From: Candidatus Muiribacteriota bacterium
GTDB lineage: Bacteria; Muiribacteriota; Muiribacteriia; Muiribacteriales; Muiribacteriaceae
Assembly (NCBI GenBank): GCA_051747805.1
Contig: JBNJGP010000019.1
Span: forward strand, 1-36,134
Length of the DNA stretch: 36,134 nt
Reading direction: 5' to 3'
Positions 1-8,609 of the stretch are shown piece after piece; the stretch's first letter is position 1, and each line of letters starts with the position of its first letter. The translations under genes were made by a program, and so were the position numbers. Below the pieces are notes generated by a model that saw nothing but the letters and a program-made list of their open reading frames with translations, was not told the origin of the DNA and ran no database searches.

Positions 1-173
1 TTATCTAACGATAACAGTAAAGTAAATTAAAATTTACAGTGTTTTTGTTTTAATCTTTTAACTGTCAGCTTTAGCTGACTTTACTCGACCTTCGGTAAAG
101 CGAGTGGTCAGGCCGACCTTTGTAAGCTTAACCTCGGGCTCGGCACAGACCCCGTATGCTAGTCAACTTTACT
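1..173. repeat. Array of AGTAAA-linked short hairpins (REP/BIME-like), left copy
   Basis: Forward units: (g)TTATC-taac-GATAAC (1-15), AGTAAA (16-21), GTAAAT-taaa-ATTTAC (22-37), AGT. Inverted unit: act-GTCAGC-ttta-GCTGAC-TTTACT (61-85). Further hairpins at 83-105 and 106-118. Degenerate half-unit GTCAAC-TTTACT (162-173). Confidence 0.8.
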
Positions 174-314
174 GTTTTATAATTGTCTACAGGTTAAAAT
201 TTCTATTTTTTGCTAAACTCAACTTATAAAGTATTTCGGTATAATAGATTAAATATTTTAATTTTTGAAGTCGAATATATAAATGTACTTAGTCTTTGTG
301 CTAAAGGAGAAAAA

Positions 315-1055
315 ATGGATTATAACAGTCCGGGACTAGTTAATGAAATAATTAATGAAATTAAAATACTTCTAAAAGAAAATGAAAAAGATTTTATGTT
401 ATGGTTTGATTATGGATTGGCTCTTTTAAATGCTTTCAGATTTAGAGAGGCTGCAAATTCCTTTGAGGAGGCACTTTCATTAAAAGATAACTTAAAAGTT
501 CGCCTCAGCCTGGGCCATGCCTACAAAGGATTGGCCAAATTTGAAAAAGCTCTTTTAAATTATAAAAAAGCTCTTGAAAATAAAAAAAATTATCCTGATA
601 TACATTATCATATAGCAGAATGTTACAATAAAATGGGAAGGGCAGATGAGGCTATACAGGAATATATGGAGGCCCTGTATCTAAATCCTGATTATGTTGA
701 GGCTCTTTACAGCCTTGGAGAGCTTTACAGAGAAATGGGAATGCTTGAAGAAACTCTTACCCTTTACAAAAGAATAATTGACAATAATATAATTTTGAAA
801 AGTAATTTCTCGGATTTAACCCTTGTGCATTATGATTTAGCCTATATTTATACAGAAAAAGCCTTGTTTGATGATGCGCTTAAACATCTGGAAAACGTGG
901 CTCATAAACATCCGGAATACCCCGATGTGCATTTTAAGCTTGGAAAATTATATAAAACAAAAGGGGATATAAAAAGAGCAATGGAGGAGTTTGAAAAAGC
1001 TATTAAAATTAATCCAAATTATAAAGAGGCTAGAGATGAATACTGGAATATGTAG
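315..1055 (+). CDS. TPR-repeat protein
   Basis: Repeated TPR units (e.g. YPDIHYHIAECY, YPDVHFKLGKLY, INPNYKEA). Start moved from the track TTG at 210 to ATG 315, which follows the SD AAAGGAG. Confidence 0.88.
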   Translation: MDYNSPGLVNEIINEIKILLKENEKDFMLWFDYGLALLNAFRFREAANSFEEALSLKDNLKVRLSLGHAYKGLAKFEKALLNYKKALENKKNYPDIHYHIAECYNKMGRADEAIQEYMEALYLNPDYVEALYSLGELYREMGMLEETLTLYKRIIDNNIILKSNFSDLTLVHYDLAYIYTEKALFDDALKHLENVAHKHPEYPDVHFKLGKLYKTKGDIKRAMEEFEKAIKINPNYKEARDEYWNM

Positions 1056-1072
1056 AGGAGTAATATAATATT

Positions 1073-2764
1073 ATGTTAAATAGGAAAAAAAGACTCGGTG
1101 ACCTTCTTATAGAGCTTGGATACATAACAGAAGAACAGCTCAAACAGGCTCTTAAAACCCAGAAGGAAACTAAAAAGCGTGTTGGTGAAACTCTTATTGA
1201 TCTTGGATTTGTGGAAGAAAAAACTATTCTTAACGTTTTATCAGATCAGCTTGGTGTACCGGTAATAAATCTAAATGATTATGAAATTTCAGAAGAGGTT
1301 ATTAAATTAATCCCAATACAGGTTGCAAAAAAACATAATTTAATTCCTTTATTTAAGGATGGAAACAGATTAACCGTTGCTATGGCCGACCCGCTGGATG
1401 TTTTTGCAATAGATCAGATACAGTATAAAACAGGATTAAATATTGATATTGTTATAGCCTCTAAAAGCGAGATTGAAGGCGCGCAGAAACAATGTTATTC
1501 AGGTTCTGCCGACGTTAAAAATCTTGTAGATGGTTTTCAGGAAAGAATAGATGAAGTAGAGGTTAAAGAAAATAAAAAAAATGAAAAAGTAGAAAAAATT
1601 AATGAAGATAGTCCGGTTGTAAAATTTGTTAATTTAATTTTAAAAGAGGCTATAAATGAAAAAGCCTCAGATATTCATGTTGAACCAGATGAAGAGGGAG
1701 TTAGAATCAGATACAGAGTTGATGGAGTTTTACAATCTATAACTGAAATTCCTCCTAAAATTCAATCGGCATTAATATCAAGAATTAAAATAATGTCAGG
1801 AATGGATATTGCTGAAAAAAGACTTCCACAGGACGGTAGAATAAATATTAAGCTTAAAACAACAGAGATTGATGTTCGTGTTAATACGCTGCCTACTGTA
1901 TGGGGCGAAAAAATTGTGATGAGACTTCTTGATAAAAAAAGTGTAATGCTGGGACTGGATAAACTCGGGTTCCTGCCAGAGCATCTCGATATGTATGTTA
2001 GAGCTTTAAATGAACCAAACGGTATTATTCTTTTAACGGGACCTACCGGTTCCGGTAAAACTTCTACCCTATATGCTGGGCTTTCTGCAATAAAATCAAT
2101 TGAAACTAATATAACTACAGTAGAAAATCCAGTTGAGTATAAAATACCCATGATTAATCAGGTTCAGATTCACTCAGAAATTGGCATGACTTTTGCCACC
2201 GCTCTAAGGGCTATTTTAAGACAGGATCCTGATGTTATAATGGTGGGTGAGATAAGAGATTCTGAGACCGCCGAAATTGCTATAGAGTCTGCTTTGACAG
2301 GACATCTTGTTTTATCTACGCTTCATACTAATGATGCTCCCGGTGCGGTAAGCAGACTTATGGAAATGGGTATTGAATCTTATCTTCTTACACCTTCACT
2401 TTTATTAATTGTTGCCCAGAGACTATGTAGAAGGATATGCTCAAAATGTAAAGTTGAAGATGAGCCAAAGCCTGAGCTTCTTAAGGCTCTTGGAATTGAA
2501 AAAGAAGAAAAAGTGAAATTTTATACTGGTCAGGGATGTGTTAGTTGCAGTAAAACAGGATATAAAGGACGGGTTGGAGTACATGAAATGTTTATTCTAA
2601 CCGATAGAATCAAGGAAAAGATGTTAAACAGGGTTTCTTCAAACGAGCTTAGAAATATTGCAATAGACGAAGGCATGCAGACTCTGAGAGAAAATGCCGT
2701 TGAAAAAGCAAAACTTGGTCTGACTTCTCTTGAGGAAGTATTGAGAATTACAAAAGGAGATTAA
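1073..2764 (+). CDS. pilB: Type IV pilus/T2SS assembly ATPase (PilB/GspE family) with N-terminal MshEN domain
   Basis: Walker A GPTGSGKT, Asp box TVENPVE, LRQDPDVIMVGEIRD, TGHLVLSTLHTNDA His box, Zn motif CSKC...CVSC, tandem RLGxxLxxxG...LxxQ repeats at the N-terminus. Confidence 0.93.
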   Translation: MLNRKKRLGDLLIELGYITEEQLKQALKTQKETKKRVGETLIDLGFVEEKTILNVLSDQLGVPVINLNDYEISEEVIKLIPIQVAKKHNLIPLFKDGNRLTVAMADPLDVFAIDQIQYKTGLNIDIVIASKSEIEGAQKQCYSGSADVKNLVDGFQERIDEVEVKENKKNEKVEKINEDSPVVKFVNLILKEAINEKASDIHVEPDEEGVRIRYRVDGVLQSITEIPPKIQSALISRIKIMSGMDIAEKRLPQDGRINIKLKTTEIDVRVNTLPTVWGEKIVMRLLDKKSVMLGLDKLGFLPEHLDMYVRALNEPNGIILLTGPTGSGKTSTLYAGLSAIKSIETNITTVENPVEYKIPMINQVQIHSEIGMTFATALRAILRQDPDVIMVGEIRDSETAEIAIESALTGHLVLSTLHTNDAPGAVSRLMEMGIESYLLTPSLLLIVAQRLCRRICSKCKVEDEPKPELLKALGIEKEEKVKFYTGQGCVSCSKTGYKGRVGVHEMFILTDRIKEKMLNRVSSNELRNIAIDEGMQTLRENAVEKAKLGLTSLEEVLRITKGD

Positions 2765-2765
2765 G

Positions 2766-3983
2766 GTGGCTTTATTTAAGTTTAAAGTTAGAGATGAGTC
2801 TGGAAAATTGAAATACGGCGAGATAGAGGCCAGCAATACAGATACAGCAACAGATAAACTGGTAGATACTGGTTATATTGTAATAGAACTTAATGAGGTT
2901 AAAGAAAATGTTCTTGATTTAGATCTTGGAGAAAGGTTTTTAAAAATAAAACCTAAGGAACTTGTTTTTTTCTATATTCAATTTGCAACCCTTATAAATT
3001 CGGGTGTTAATCTGGTAGAAACACTGACTGCTCTTGAGGATCAGATTGATAATACCAAGCTGGCAAAAATTGTGGGAGTTATTAGAAAAGATGTTTTATC
3101 AGGAGTTTCTTTATCAGATTCCATGAAAAAGTTTCCAGATGTATTTTCAAATCTTGTGATTAATCTGGTGGCTGCTGGAGAAGAAGGCGGAATGCTCGAC
3201 GAAGTTCTTGAAAAAATTGCCAAATTTTCCGAAAATGATCAGAAGGTTGTTTCCAAAGTGAAATCAGCGATGGCTTACCCAATAATTATGATAGTGGTGG
3301 CTTTTTCAGTAGTTATTTTTTTATTAACTTTTGTGTTTCCTCAGTTTGTAAGTATTTTTTCTAAAATGGGCGGAGCTCTTCCAATGCCTACGGCCTTTTT
3401 GCTGAGAATAAGTAATTATCTTACCGAGAATTTCTGGATACTTGTTTTTGGTTTAATTATATTTGTTATTTTATTTAAGTATTTTAAAAATAAAACTGAG
3501 ACAGGTCGTTATTTATGGGATTTTTTTATGTTGAATTTTCCGCTTGTTGGCGATTTAACAATAAAGGCAAATATTGCAAGAATGTCTAAAACACTCGGGG
3601 TTTTATTAAATAATGGTGTTCCCATTATTAATGCAATGGAAATTGCAAATAAACTTATTGAAAATGTAATTTTAAACGATATATTAAGAAAAGCTTCCAT
3701 TAGGGTTGCAGAAGGGGAACCGCTTTCTGAAATACTTGGTCAGGAAAAATACTATCCGCCTATGGTGATTAAAATGATTAATGTGGGTGAAAGAACGGGG
3801 AATTTATCCATAATGCTTGGTAAAATCGGCGATTTTTATGATTTAGAGGTTGAGATGACTATAGAAACTATGTTATCTATGCTGGAGCCAATTTTAATTG
3901 TTGGAATGGGTGTTGTAATGGGATTTATTGCCCTTGCGATGTTTTTACCTATGTTTGATATGATTAAATTAATAAGAAGCTGA
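2766..3983 (+). CDS. pilC: Inner-membrane platform protein PilC/GspF
   Basis: GTG start after AAGGAG; QFATLINSGVNL, AGEEGGML, AMAYP + TM, VGERTGNL, LEPILIV...AMFLPMF; follows pilB. Confidence 0.93.
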   Translation: MALFKFKVRDESGKLKYGEIEASNTDTATDKLVDTGYIVIELNEVKENVLDLDLGERFLKIKPKELVFFYIQFATLINSGVNLVETLTALEDQIDNTKLAKIVGVIRKDVLSGVSLSDSMKKFPDVFSNLVINLVAAGEEGGMLDEVLEKIAKFSENDQKVVSKVKSAMAYPIIMIVVAFSVVIFLLTFVFPQFVSIFSKMGGALPMPTAFLLRISNYLTENFWILVFGLIIFVILFKYFKNKTETGRYLWDFFMLNFPLVGDLTIKANIARMSKTLGVLLNNGVPIINAMEIANKLIENVILNDILRKASIRVAEGEPLSEILGQEKYYPPMVIKMINVGERTGNLSIMLGKIGDFYDLEVEMTIETMLSMLEPILIVGMGVVMGFIALAMFLPMFDMIKLIRS

Positions 3984-3999
3984 TTAGTATATTTAATAC

Positions 4000-4093
4000 C
4001 AGCAATTCTCAATGAAAAAAGAGAAAATCCTTTTATAAAAAAATAAAGTCTGTAGTCCTAATAAAGGGTTTTCGAGAAAAATGAGAGTTGCTG
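4000..4093 (+). other. Long imperfect stem-loop between pilC and the major pilin (possible terminator or mRNA stabiliser)
   Basis: CAGCAATTCTCA (4000-4011) pairs with TGAGAGTTGCTG (4082-4093); inner GAAAATCCTTTTAT (4023-4036) pairs with ATAAAGGGTTTTC (4061-4073). Each stem has one G-U pair. No U-tract follows. Confidence 0.55.
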
Positions 4094-4101
4094 AGTGAAT
4101 A

Positions 4102-4148
4102 TAGACAAATTATTAAACATATGTTAATATAAAAAAAAATATTGGAGG
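4102..4148 (+). promoter_or_regulatory. Putative sigma70-type promoter and strong RBS of the major pilin gene
   Basis: TAGACA (4102-4107), 17 nt spacer, TAATAT (4125-4130) with extended -10 TG (4122-4123); SD GGAGG at 4144-4148. Confidence 0.5.
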
Positions 4149-4154
4149 GTTTCA

Positions 4155-4688
4155 ATGCCAAAAAAAGGATTTACATTACTGGAATTATTAATTGTTATTG
4201 TTGTTATTGGAATACTGGCTGCTGTTTCTGTTCCAAGATTAATGACTTTTATTGATGAGGGTAGAGAAGGTGCAGTTAGAAGTGAAATTGCTGCAATACG
4301 GTCTGCCAGCCGCCTATTTTATATGCATACTGGAAGACATCCTCAGCATCCTGGTGAACTTGTTTTAAATTCCTCAGGCGGTCGAGATGGTGAGGGCGAT
4401 AGTATTGAAGGATGGCGTGGTCCATATATGGAAGATAGTTATGATGAGGTAACAGTTGATGCATGGGGAAACGAATATGTCATTATAGACCGTTCATTAA
4501 ATCCTGATGGGTCAACAAGTAACGGCCAGTTTTATATTGAACAGGATGGTGAAAATGTTGCTCTCTGTGGAATTATTGTTGCTTCAGGCGGGCCTTCTGG
4601 AGATATTGATGAAGAGGTAACCACTTTTGATTCTGAAAGTGATTATATCTGGGACTGGCTACAGTTTGATGGACCGCCAGGTAACTAA
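4155..4688 (+). CDS. gspG: Major (pseudo)pilin, GspG-like
   Basis: Class III signal MPKKG|FTLLELLIVIVVIGIL with Glu5; GspG-type motifs GWRGPYM and DAWGNEY. Confidence 0.8.
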   Translation: MPKKGFTLLELLIVIVVIGILAAVSVPRLMTFIDEGREGAVRSEIAAIRSASRLFYMHTGRHPQHPGELVLNSSGGRDGEGDSIEGWRGPYMEDSYDEVTVDAWGNEYVIIDRSLNPDGSTSNGQFYIEQDGENVALCGIIVASGGPSGDIDEEVTTFDSESDYIWDWLQFDGPPGN

Positions 4689-5211
4689 GAGAGGTTTTAC
4701 CTTATTAGAGCTGATTATATCTGTTGTAGTTATAGGTATTCTTGCAGGCGTTGTTTCCCCTAATTTTTTCAAATTTAAAAATGAAATTGACCTGGAGAGT
4801 GCCTATAAACTCTTTTTAAGGGAATTAGAATATGCCCAGAATCTTTCAGTTAATCAAAATGAAGTTATAATTGATGGTGAATATTTAAAAATTTATTATG
4901 GAATAGATATTATTGGAGAAAACAAATATAATATTAGTGAGTTTTCAACTCAGTTTGAGCTTCTCAGGCAGTTTGAACAGACAATGGATTTGTCCAAACA
5001 TGATTATATAAAATTTGATTTTAAAGAAGAACTTCAGAATATTGAGTATATTATTTTTGACTGGAGGGGAAGAGTTATTTTTGTTGATTATGAGCTTAAC
5101 GTTTTGGAGGTGCCACCAAACGAAGACTTTTTCGTTATATCCTCAGATAGAGTTAATTTTGATATGCCTGTCAAAATAAATCCAGTTTCAGGAAAAATTA
5201 TATATGAGTAA
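4669..5211 (+). CDS. Minor (pseudo)pilin, GspH/FimT-like
   Basis: Start likely ATG 4669: MDRQVTKRG|FTLLELIISVVVIG; motifs LEYAQNLS, IIFDWRG, INPVSGKI. Confidence 0.75.
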   Translation: MDRQVTKRGFTLLELIISVVVIGILAGVVSPNFFKFKNEIDLESAYKLFLRELEYAQNLSVNQNEVIIDGEYLKIYYGIDIIGENKYNISEFSTQFELLRQFEQTMDLSKHDYIKFDFKEELQNIEYIIFDWRGRVIFVDYELNVLEVPPNEDFFVISSDRVNFDMPVKINPVSGKIIYE

Positions 5212-6094
5212 GCAAGGAATGACTTTTGTAGAGGTATTAATAAGTATGGCCGTTTTTGGTGTACTTATACTTGCGTCCACCAATCTTTTTTTTTCTGGTC
5301 TTAATGTGTGGGAATTCGGCGAAAGTATGAGCCGTAAACTTCATGATATTGACTTTCTGTTCAATAAGATAACCTATGAGTTGAATAATATAACTCCATT
5401 TTTATATGCCGGATTATTTTTAGAGGATGAAACTTTCTTTAAAGAATTTTTTGATAATGAAGAGTATTATGATAAATATTCTGACAATATAATTAATATA
5501 TTTTATTCAAATATGCCGGATAATTTAAAGAATTTTTTTTTTGGTGAAAAAGATAATTATGAAAATTATCTGAATTATTTTCTTGCTGAGAGCTCATATT
5601 CCTCTGAGACGGCCTTGAAATCCTGGTTAGGAGAAGAAAATAACCGCAGAACATGCTGGCAGTATTTTAATAAAGGAAAATGGGAAGAATGGATGTACAA
5701 TATCCCTGCTTTTAACTCAAATGATATAGGTGTTTTTTCCTCTAACGGTTTTATTTATTATGGACTGGGAAAAAATTTTTCCTATTCAAAATACAGGGGG
5801 GTGAGCTTTTACTATAATGAGGAAGAACGCTCGGTTTATTATTATAGCTTTTTTTTTAATGAAAGCCAGAGTATTGTTTATAATCGTCCAGAAAAAATAA
5901 TCGAGGATGTATTTGTTTTTGATATTAAATATTTTTCGCATAATAATGAGGAAATACCAACAGATGAAGGGTTTACTTATATTCTTCCCGGTGTTTTAAG
6001 TAATATGGAAATAGAAGTTGAACTTTATGATAGCAACACTTCAATGAGGAAGAGAAAAATATTTGATTTTAATATAAATAAAATGAAAAATTAG
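5204..6094 (+). CDS. Minor (pseudo)pilin, GspJ/PilW-like
   Basis: MSKQG|MTFVEVLISMAVF prepilin motif; C-terminal IIEDVFVFDIKYF and beta-strand pattern; size fits the J class. Confidence 0.7.
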   Translation: MSKQGMTFVEVLISMAVFGVLILASTNLFFSGLNVWEFGESMSRKLHDIDFLFNKITYELNNITPFLYAGLFLEDETFFKEFFDNEEYYDKYSDNIINIFYSNMPDNLKNFFFGEKDNYENYLNYFLAESSYSSETALKSWLGEENNRRTCWQYFNKGKWEEWMYNIPAFNSNDIGVFSSNGFIYYGLGKNFSYSKYRGVSFYYNEEERSVYYYSFFFNESQSIVYNRPEKIIEDVFVFDIKYFSHNNEEIPTDEGFTYILPGVLSNMEIEVELYDSNTSMRKRKIFDFNINKMKN

Positions 6095-6102
6095 GGGGTT
6101 TT

Positions 6103-7689
6103 ATGTCTGAGGAGAAAAAAGGTTTTTTAAAAATAAACAAGAAAAAATTTTCATTTAAAAAAATATTTATTAAATTATTTTTATTGTTTTTTATTTCGGC
6201 CCTGTTTTATACTTTGTTTTATTTTAATATTTTAAAAAAAGAATATTTTTCATTTTTGTTTGAAATGCAGGAAATCTTTTCTCAAATAGTAATGGATGAA
6301 AATAATCACACAGCATTATTAACTATACTGGCTGTATTTGTTTTTTCAAATTTGATATTAACTTTTTATCTTTTGAAAAATGCAAAAGGTGGTGGTGGTG
6401 GTAATTTATTAGAATTAAAATCTTCTTTTGCTAAAAAAGAAAAAGAAATGGATAATATGCTTAAGGAAATGAGAGAGGAAATGAATAGCAAAAAAGTCAA
6501 ATTCTCATCCGTTCTTTTAAGGTATAGAGAACTTCTAAGCAGTCTTGATAAAGAAAAAATTATTTCAATAATTTTTACAGTGCTTGAAAAATCAGCCGGG
6601 GCAAGAAGAATTTCCCTTTTTTTAATTGATGAGCATAAAGAGGAAATTTTCATGATGAAAAGATATGGAGCACCAGTTGATAAAAATTTAAAAATTAAAT
6701 TTGGAGAAAAAAATATAATTGCACATGCTGTTTCAGAAGGAAAATTTTTCACAGCATGGCAGCAGGATAGTTTGATTCAGAATCTCTTTAAAGCCAGCCC
6801 TATACAACTTAAGGTAATTGCGCCAATGTTTAAAGAAAAAGTTACAGGTGCTCTTGCTATTGAAGAGTTTAAAGGCGAAGATTATGAGCTTGATGAAGAA
6901 AGTAAACTTGTTATTACAACAACTGCTTCTCTTGCGGCTATTGCTTTTGATAAGGCTGCAGTTTTTGAGATGACCTCTGATGAATTAAGGAGCGAAAAAA
7001 ACTTCTCTAAAAAACAGATTGAGGAAAAAAAAGCTCTAAGAAACTCCTTTCAGAAATATACTTCACCGGGTATTGTTGAGGAGCTTTTAAAGAACCCTGA
7101 TATGCTTAAGCTTGGAGGAAAAAAATCAGAATTAACAGTTTTATTTTCGGATATTGTTGGTTTTACAACTTATTCTGAAAAATATCCTCCCGAAAAAGTA
7201 GTTTCAATATTAAATGAGTATTTAACTTCCATGACAGATGTTATTATGGAGCATAATGGAACTCTTGATAAATTTATAGGGGATGAAATTATGGCAGTCT
7301 GGGGGGCGCCTGTACCTCAGGAAAATCACGTAGAACTGGCTGTAAGATGTGGTTTTAGTATGTTGAACAAGTTAAAAGAAATGACCAGCAAATGGGAAAA
7401 GGAAGGTGTGGAACCTTTTAATATAGGAATAGGTATTAATACGGGGGAAATGATTGTAGGAAATATGGGCAGCCCGAAAAGAATGGATTATACGGTAATT
7501 GGTGATTCTGTAAATACTGGGGCAAGGATTGAATCGTTAACCAGACAGTTTAAAACTTCGTTTATAGTAAGTGAAAGCACCTATTTAAACGTTAAAGATA
7601 TTGTTGAGGGAGAATTACTTGGTAAAGTTACGGTTAAAGGAAAATCTAAACAGATTAAAGTTTACAAATTAAACGGGTTAAAAGAATGA
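6103..7689 (+). CDS. Membrane-anchored GAF-domain class III adenylate cyclase
   Basis: Two N-terminal TM segments, coiled coil, GAF-like region (ISLFLID...VIAPM...GALAIE), catalytic motifs VLFSDIVGFT, DKFIGDEIM, GIGINTG, DYTVIGDSVNTGARIE. Lys/Thr at the specificity positions indicate ATP use (class IIIb). Confidence 0.9.
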   Translation: MSEEKKGFLKINKKKFSFKKIFIKLFLLFFISALFYTLFYFNILKKEYFSFLFEMQEIFSQIVMDENNHTALLTILAVFVFSNLILTFYLLKNAKGGGGGNLLELKSSFAKKEKEMDNMLKEMREEMNSKKVKFSSVLLRYRELLSSLDKEKIISIIFTVLEKSAGARRISLFLIDEHKEEIFMMKRYGAPVDKNLKIKFGEKNIIAHAVSEGKFFTAWQQDSLIQNLFKASPIQLKVIAPMFKEKVTGALAIEEFKGEDYELDEESKLVITTTASLAAIAFDKAAVFEMTSDELRSEKNFSKKQIEEKKALRNSFQKYTSPGIVEELLKNPDMLKLGGKKSELTVLFSDIVGFTTYSEKYPPEKVVSILNEYLTSMTDVIMEHNGTLDKFIGDEIMAVWGAPVPQENHVELAVRCGFSMLNKLKEMTSKWEKEGVEPFNIGIGINTGEMIVGNMGSPKRMDYTVIGDSVNTGARIESLTRQFKTSFIVSESTYLNVKDIVEGELLGKVTVKGKSKQIKVYKLNGLKE

Positions 7690-8582
7690 ATTATATAATT
7701 ATTAACAAAAGAGGAATTTCGCTTTTGTCTATATTTATGATTTTGACTATAATTTCAATTTTTGCCTATACTCTTGTTGGAATTATTGACAGGCAGCTTC
7801 TGATGAGGGATAACATTAAAAGTAGCACTTCAATAAGTTTTGTTTCAGAATCTGCATTGATGGAGGTTATGAATTTTCTTAGACTTAATCCAGACGTTTT
7901 AAGGAATTATGCAAGTGTTTATGAAGGAGCAAGTATATATAGTGTAACTTCCCGCGCTCATGGTTTTATACCTACAGATATTATAGGAACATATTATTCA
8001 TACCTGCTTCCGGGGAAATTTGTTTTTGAAGAAGATGATTCTAAAAAAAGTATTGCTGTTGAACTTTCAGAAGTTATTAAGGCTAAAGTTATTGGAGTTA
8101 ATCACGAGGAAAGTGCCGGACTTTTTTTAAAGATTCATGTGGGAGTATCCTTGGAAGAAATGAATGAAGTTTATAATGCCCAAGAAGATGATGAGCATGA
8201 TGTTACTGGAACTGAGATATATCTGGAATTTCCTGAAGCCATTAATATAAAGTTTATAGAACTTAACTATGGAGATATTCCCAGAAGGGATATTAATAAT
8301 TTATATGTATTTGACAACTTTCACTATGACGAGAGGGAATTAAAAACCGAGTATACTGATGAGCTCAATAAGTTTCTTTACAATTATAAAATTATAGGTA
8401 ATAAAATTTATATAACTTCAAGAGCTGTAAGCAGGGAAAAAATGGGAGACCCCTGGAATATAGACATTTCCCATAGTATGGAGGCTAAATATCATATTGA
8501 CAGTGGAGGCAATTTAAGGATTATTGATAAAAAGTCATCTGACAGAATACTTAAATTTCCAGAAAGAGAAGAATTTCAATAA
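7686..8582 (+). CDS. Minor (pseudo)pilin, GspK/PilX-like
   Basis: NKRG|ISLLSIFMILTII prepilin-like motif lacking Glu5, as is typical of the K/X class; SESALMEV helix motif; ATGA overlap with the cyclase stop. Confidence 0.65.
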   Translation: MNYIIINKRGISLLSIFMILTIISIFAYTLVGIIDRQLLMRDNIKSSTSISFVSESALMEVMNFLRLNPDVLRNYASVYEGASIYSVTSRAHGFIPTDIIGTYYSYLLPGKFVFEEDDSKKSIAVELSEVIKAKVIGVNHEESAGLFLKIHVGVSLEEMNEVYNAQEDDEHDVTGTEIYLEFPEAINIKFIELNYGDIPRRDINNLYVFDNFHYDERELKTEYTDELNKFLYNYKIIGNKIYITSRAVSREKMGDPWNIDISHSMEAKYHIDSGGNLRIIDKKSSDRILKFPEREEFQ

Positions 8583-8609
8583 TTATTTTTTTTTTCCGAT
8601 AATTAAATT

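Noticed and set aside
1..85. Terminal direct repeat implying a circular element or att sites
   Set aside because: The matches to the right end are imperfect and differently spaced (61 vs 53 nt), and no integrase, replication or phage genes are present.
141..160. Sigma54 promoter CGGCAC...TGCT
   Set aside because: The GG-to-GC spacing is 14 nt instead of the required 10.
210..314. TTG start and 35-aa N-terminal extension of the first TPR protein
   Set aside because: ATG 315 has a clear SD, and the extension covers promoter-like sequence (TATAAT at 240-245).
6388..6402. (GGT)5 repeat as a phase-variation tract or C39 double-glycine site
   Set aside because: It is an in-frame Gly5 linker, so slippage would not shift the frame, and it is predicted cytoplasmic with no leader consensus.
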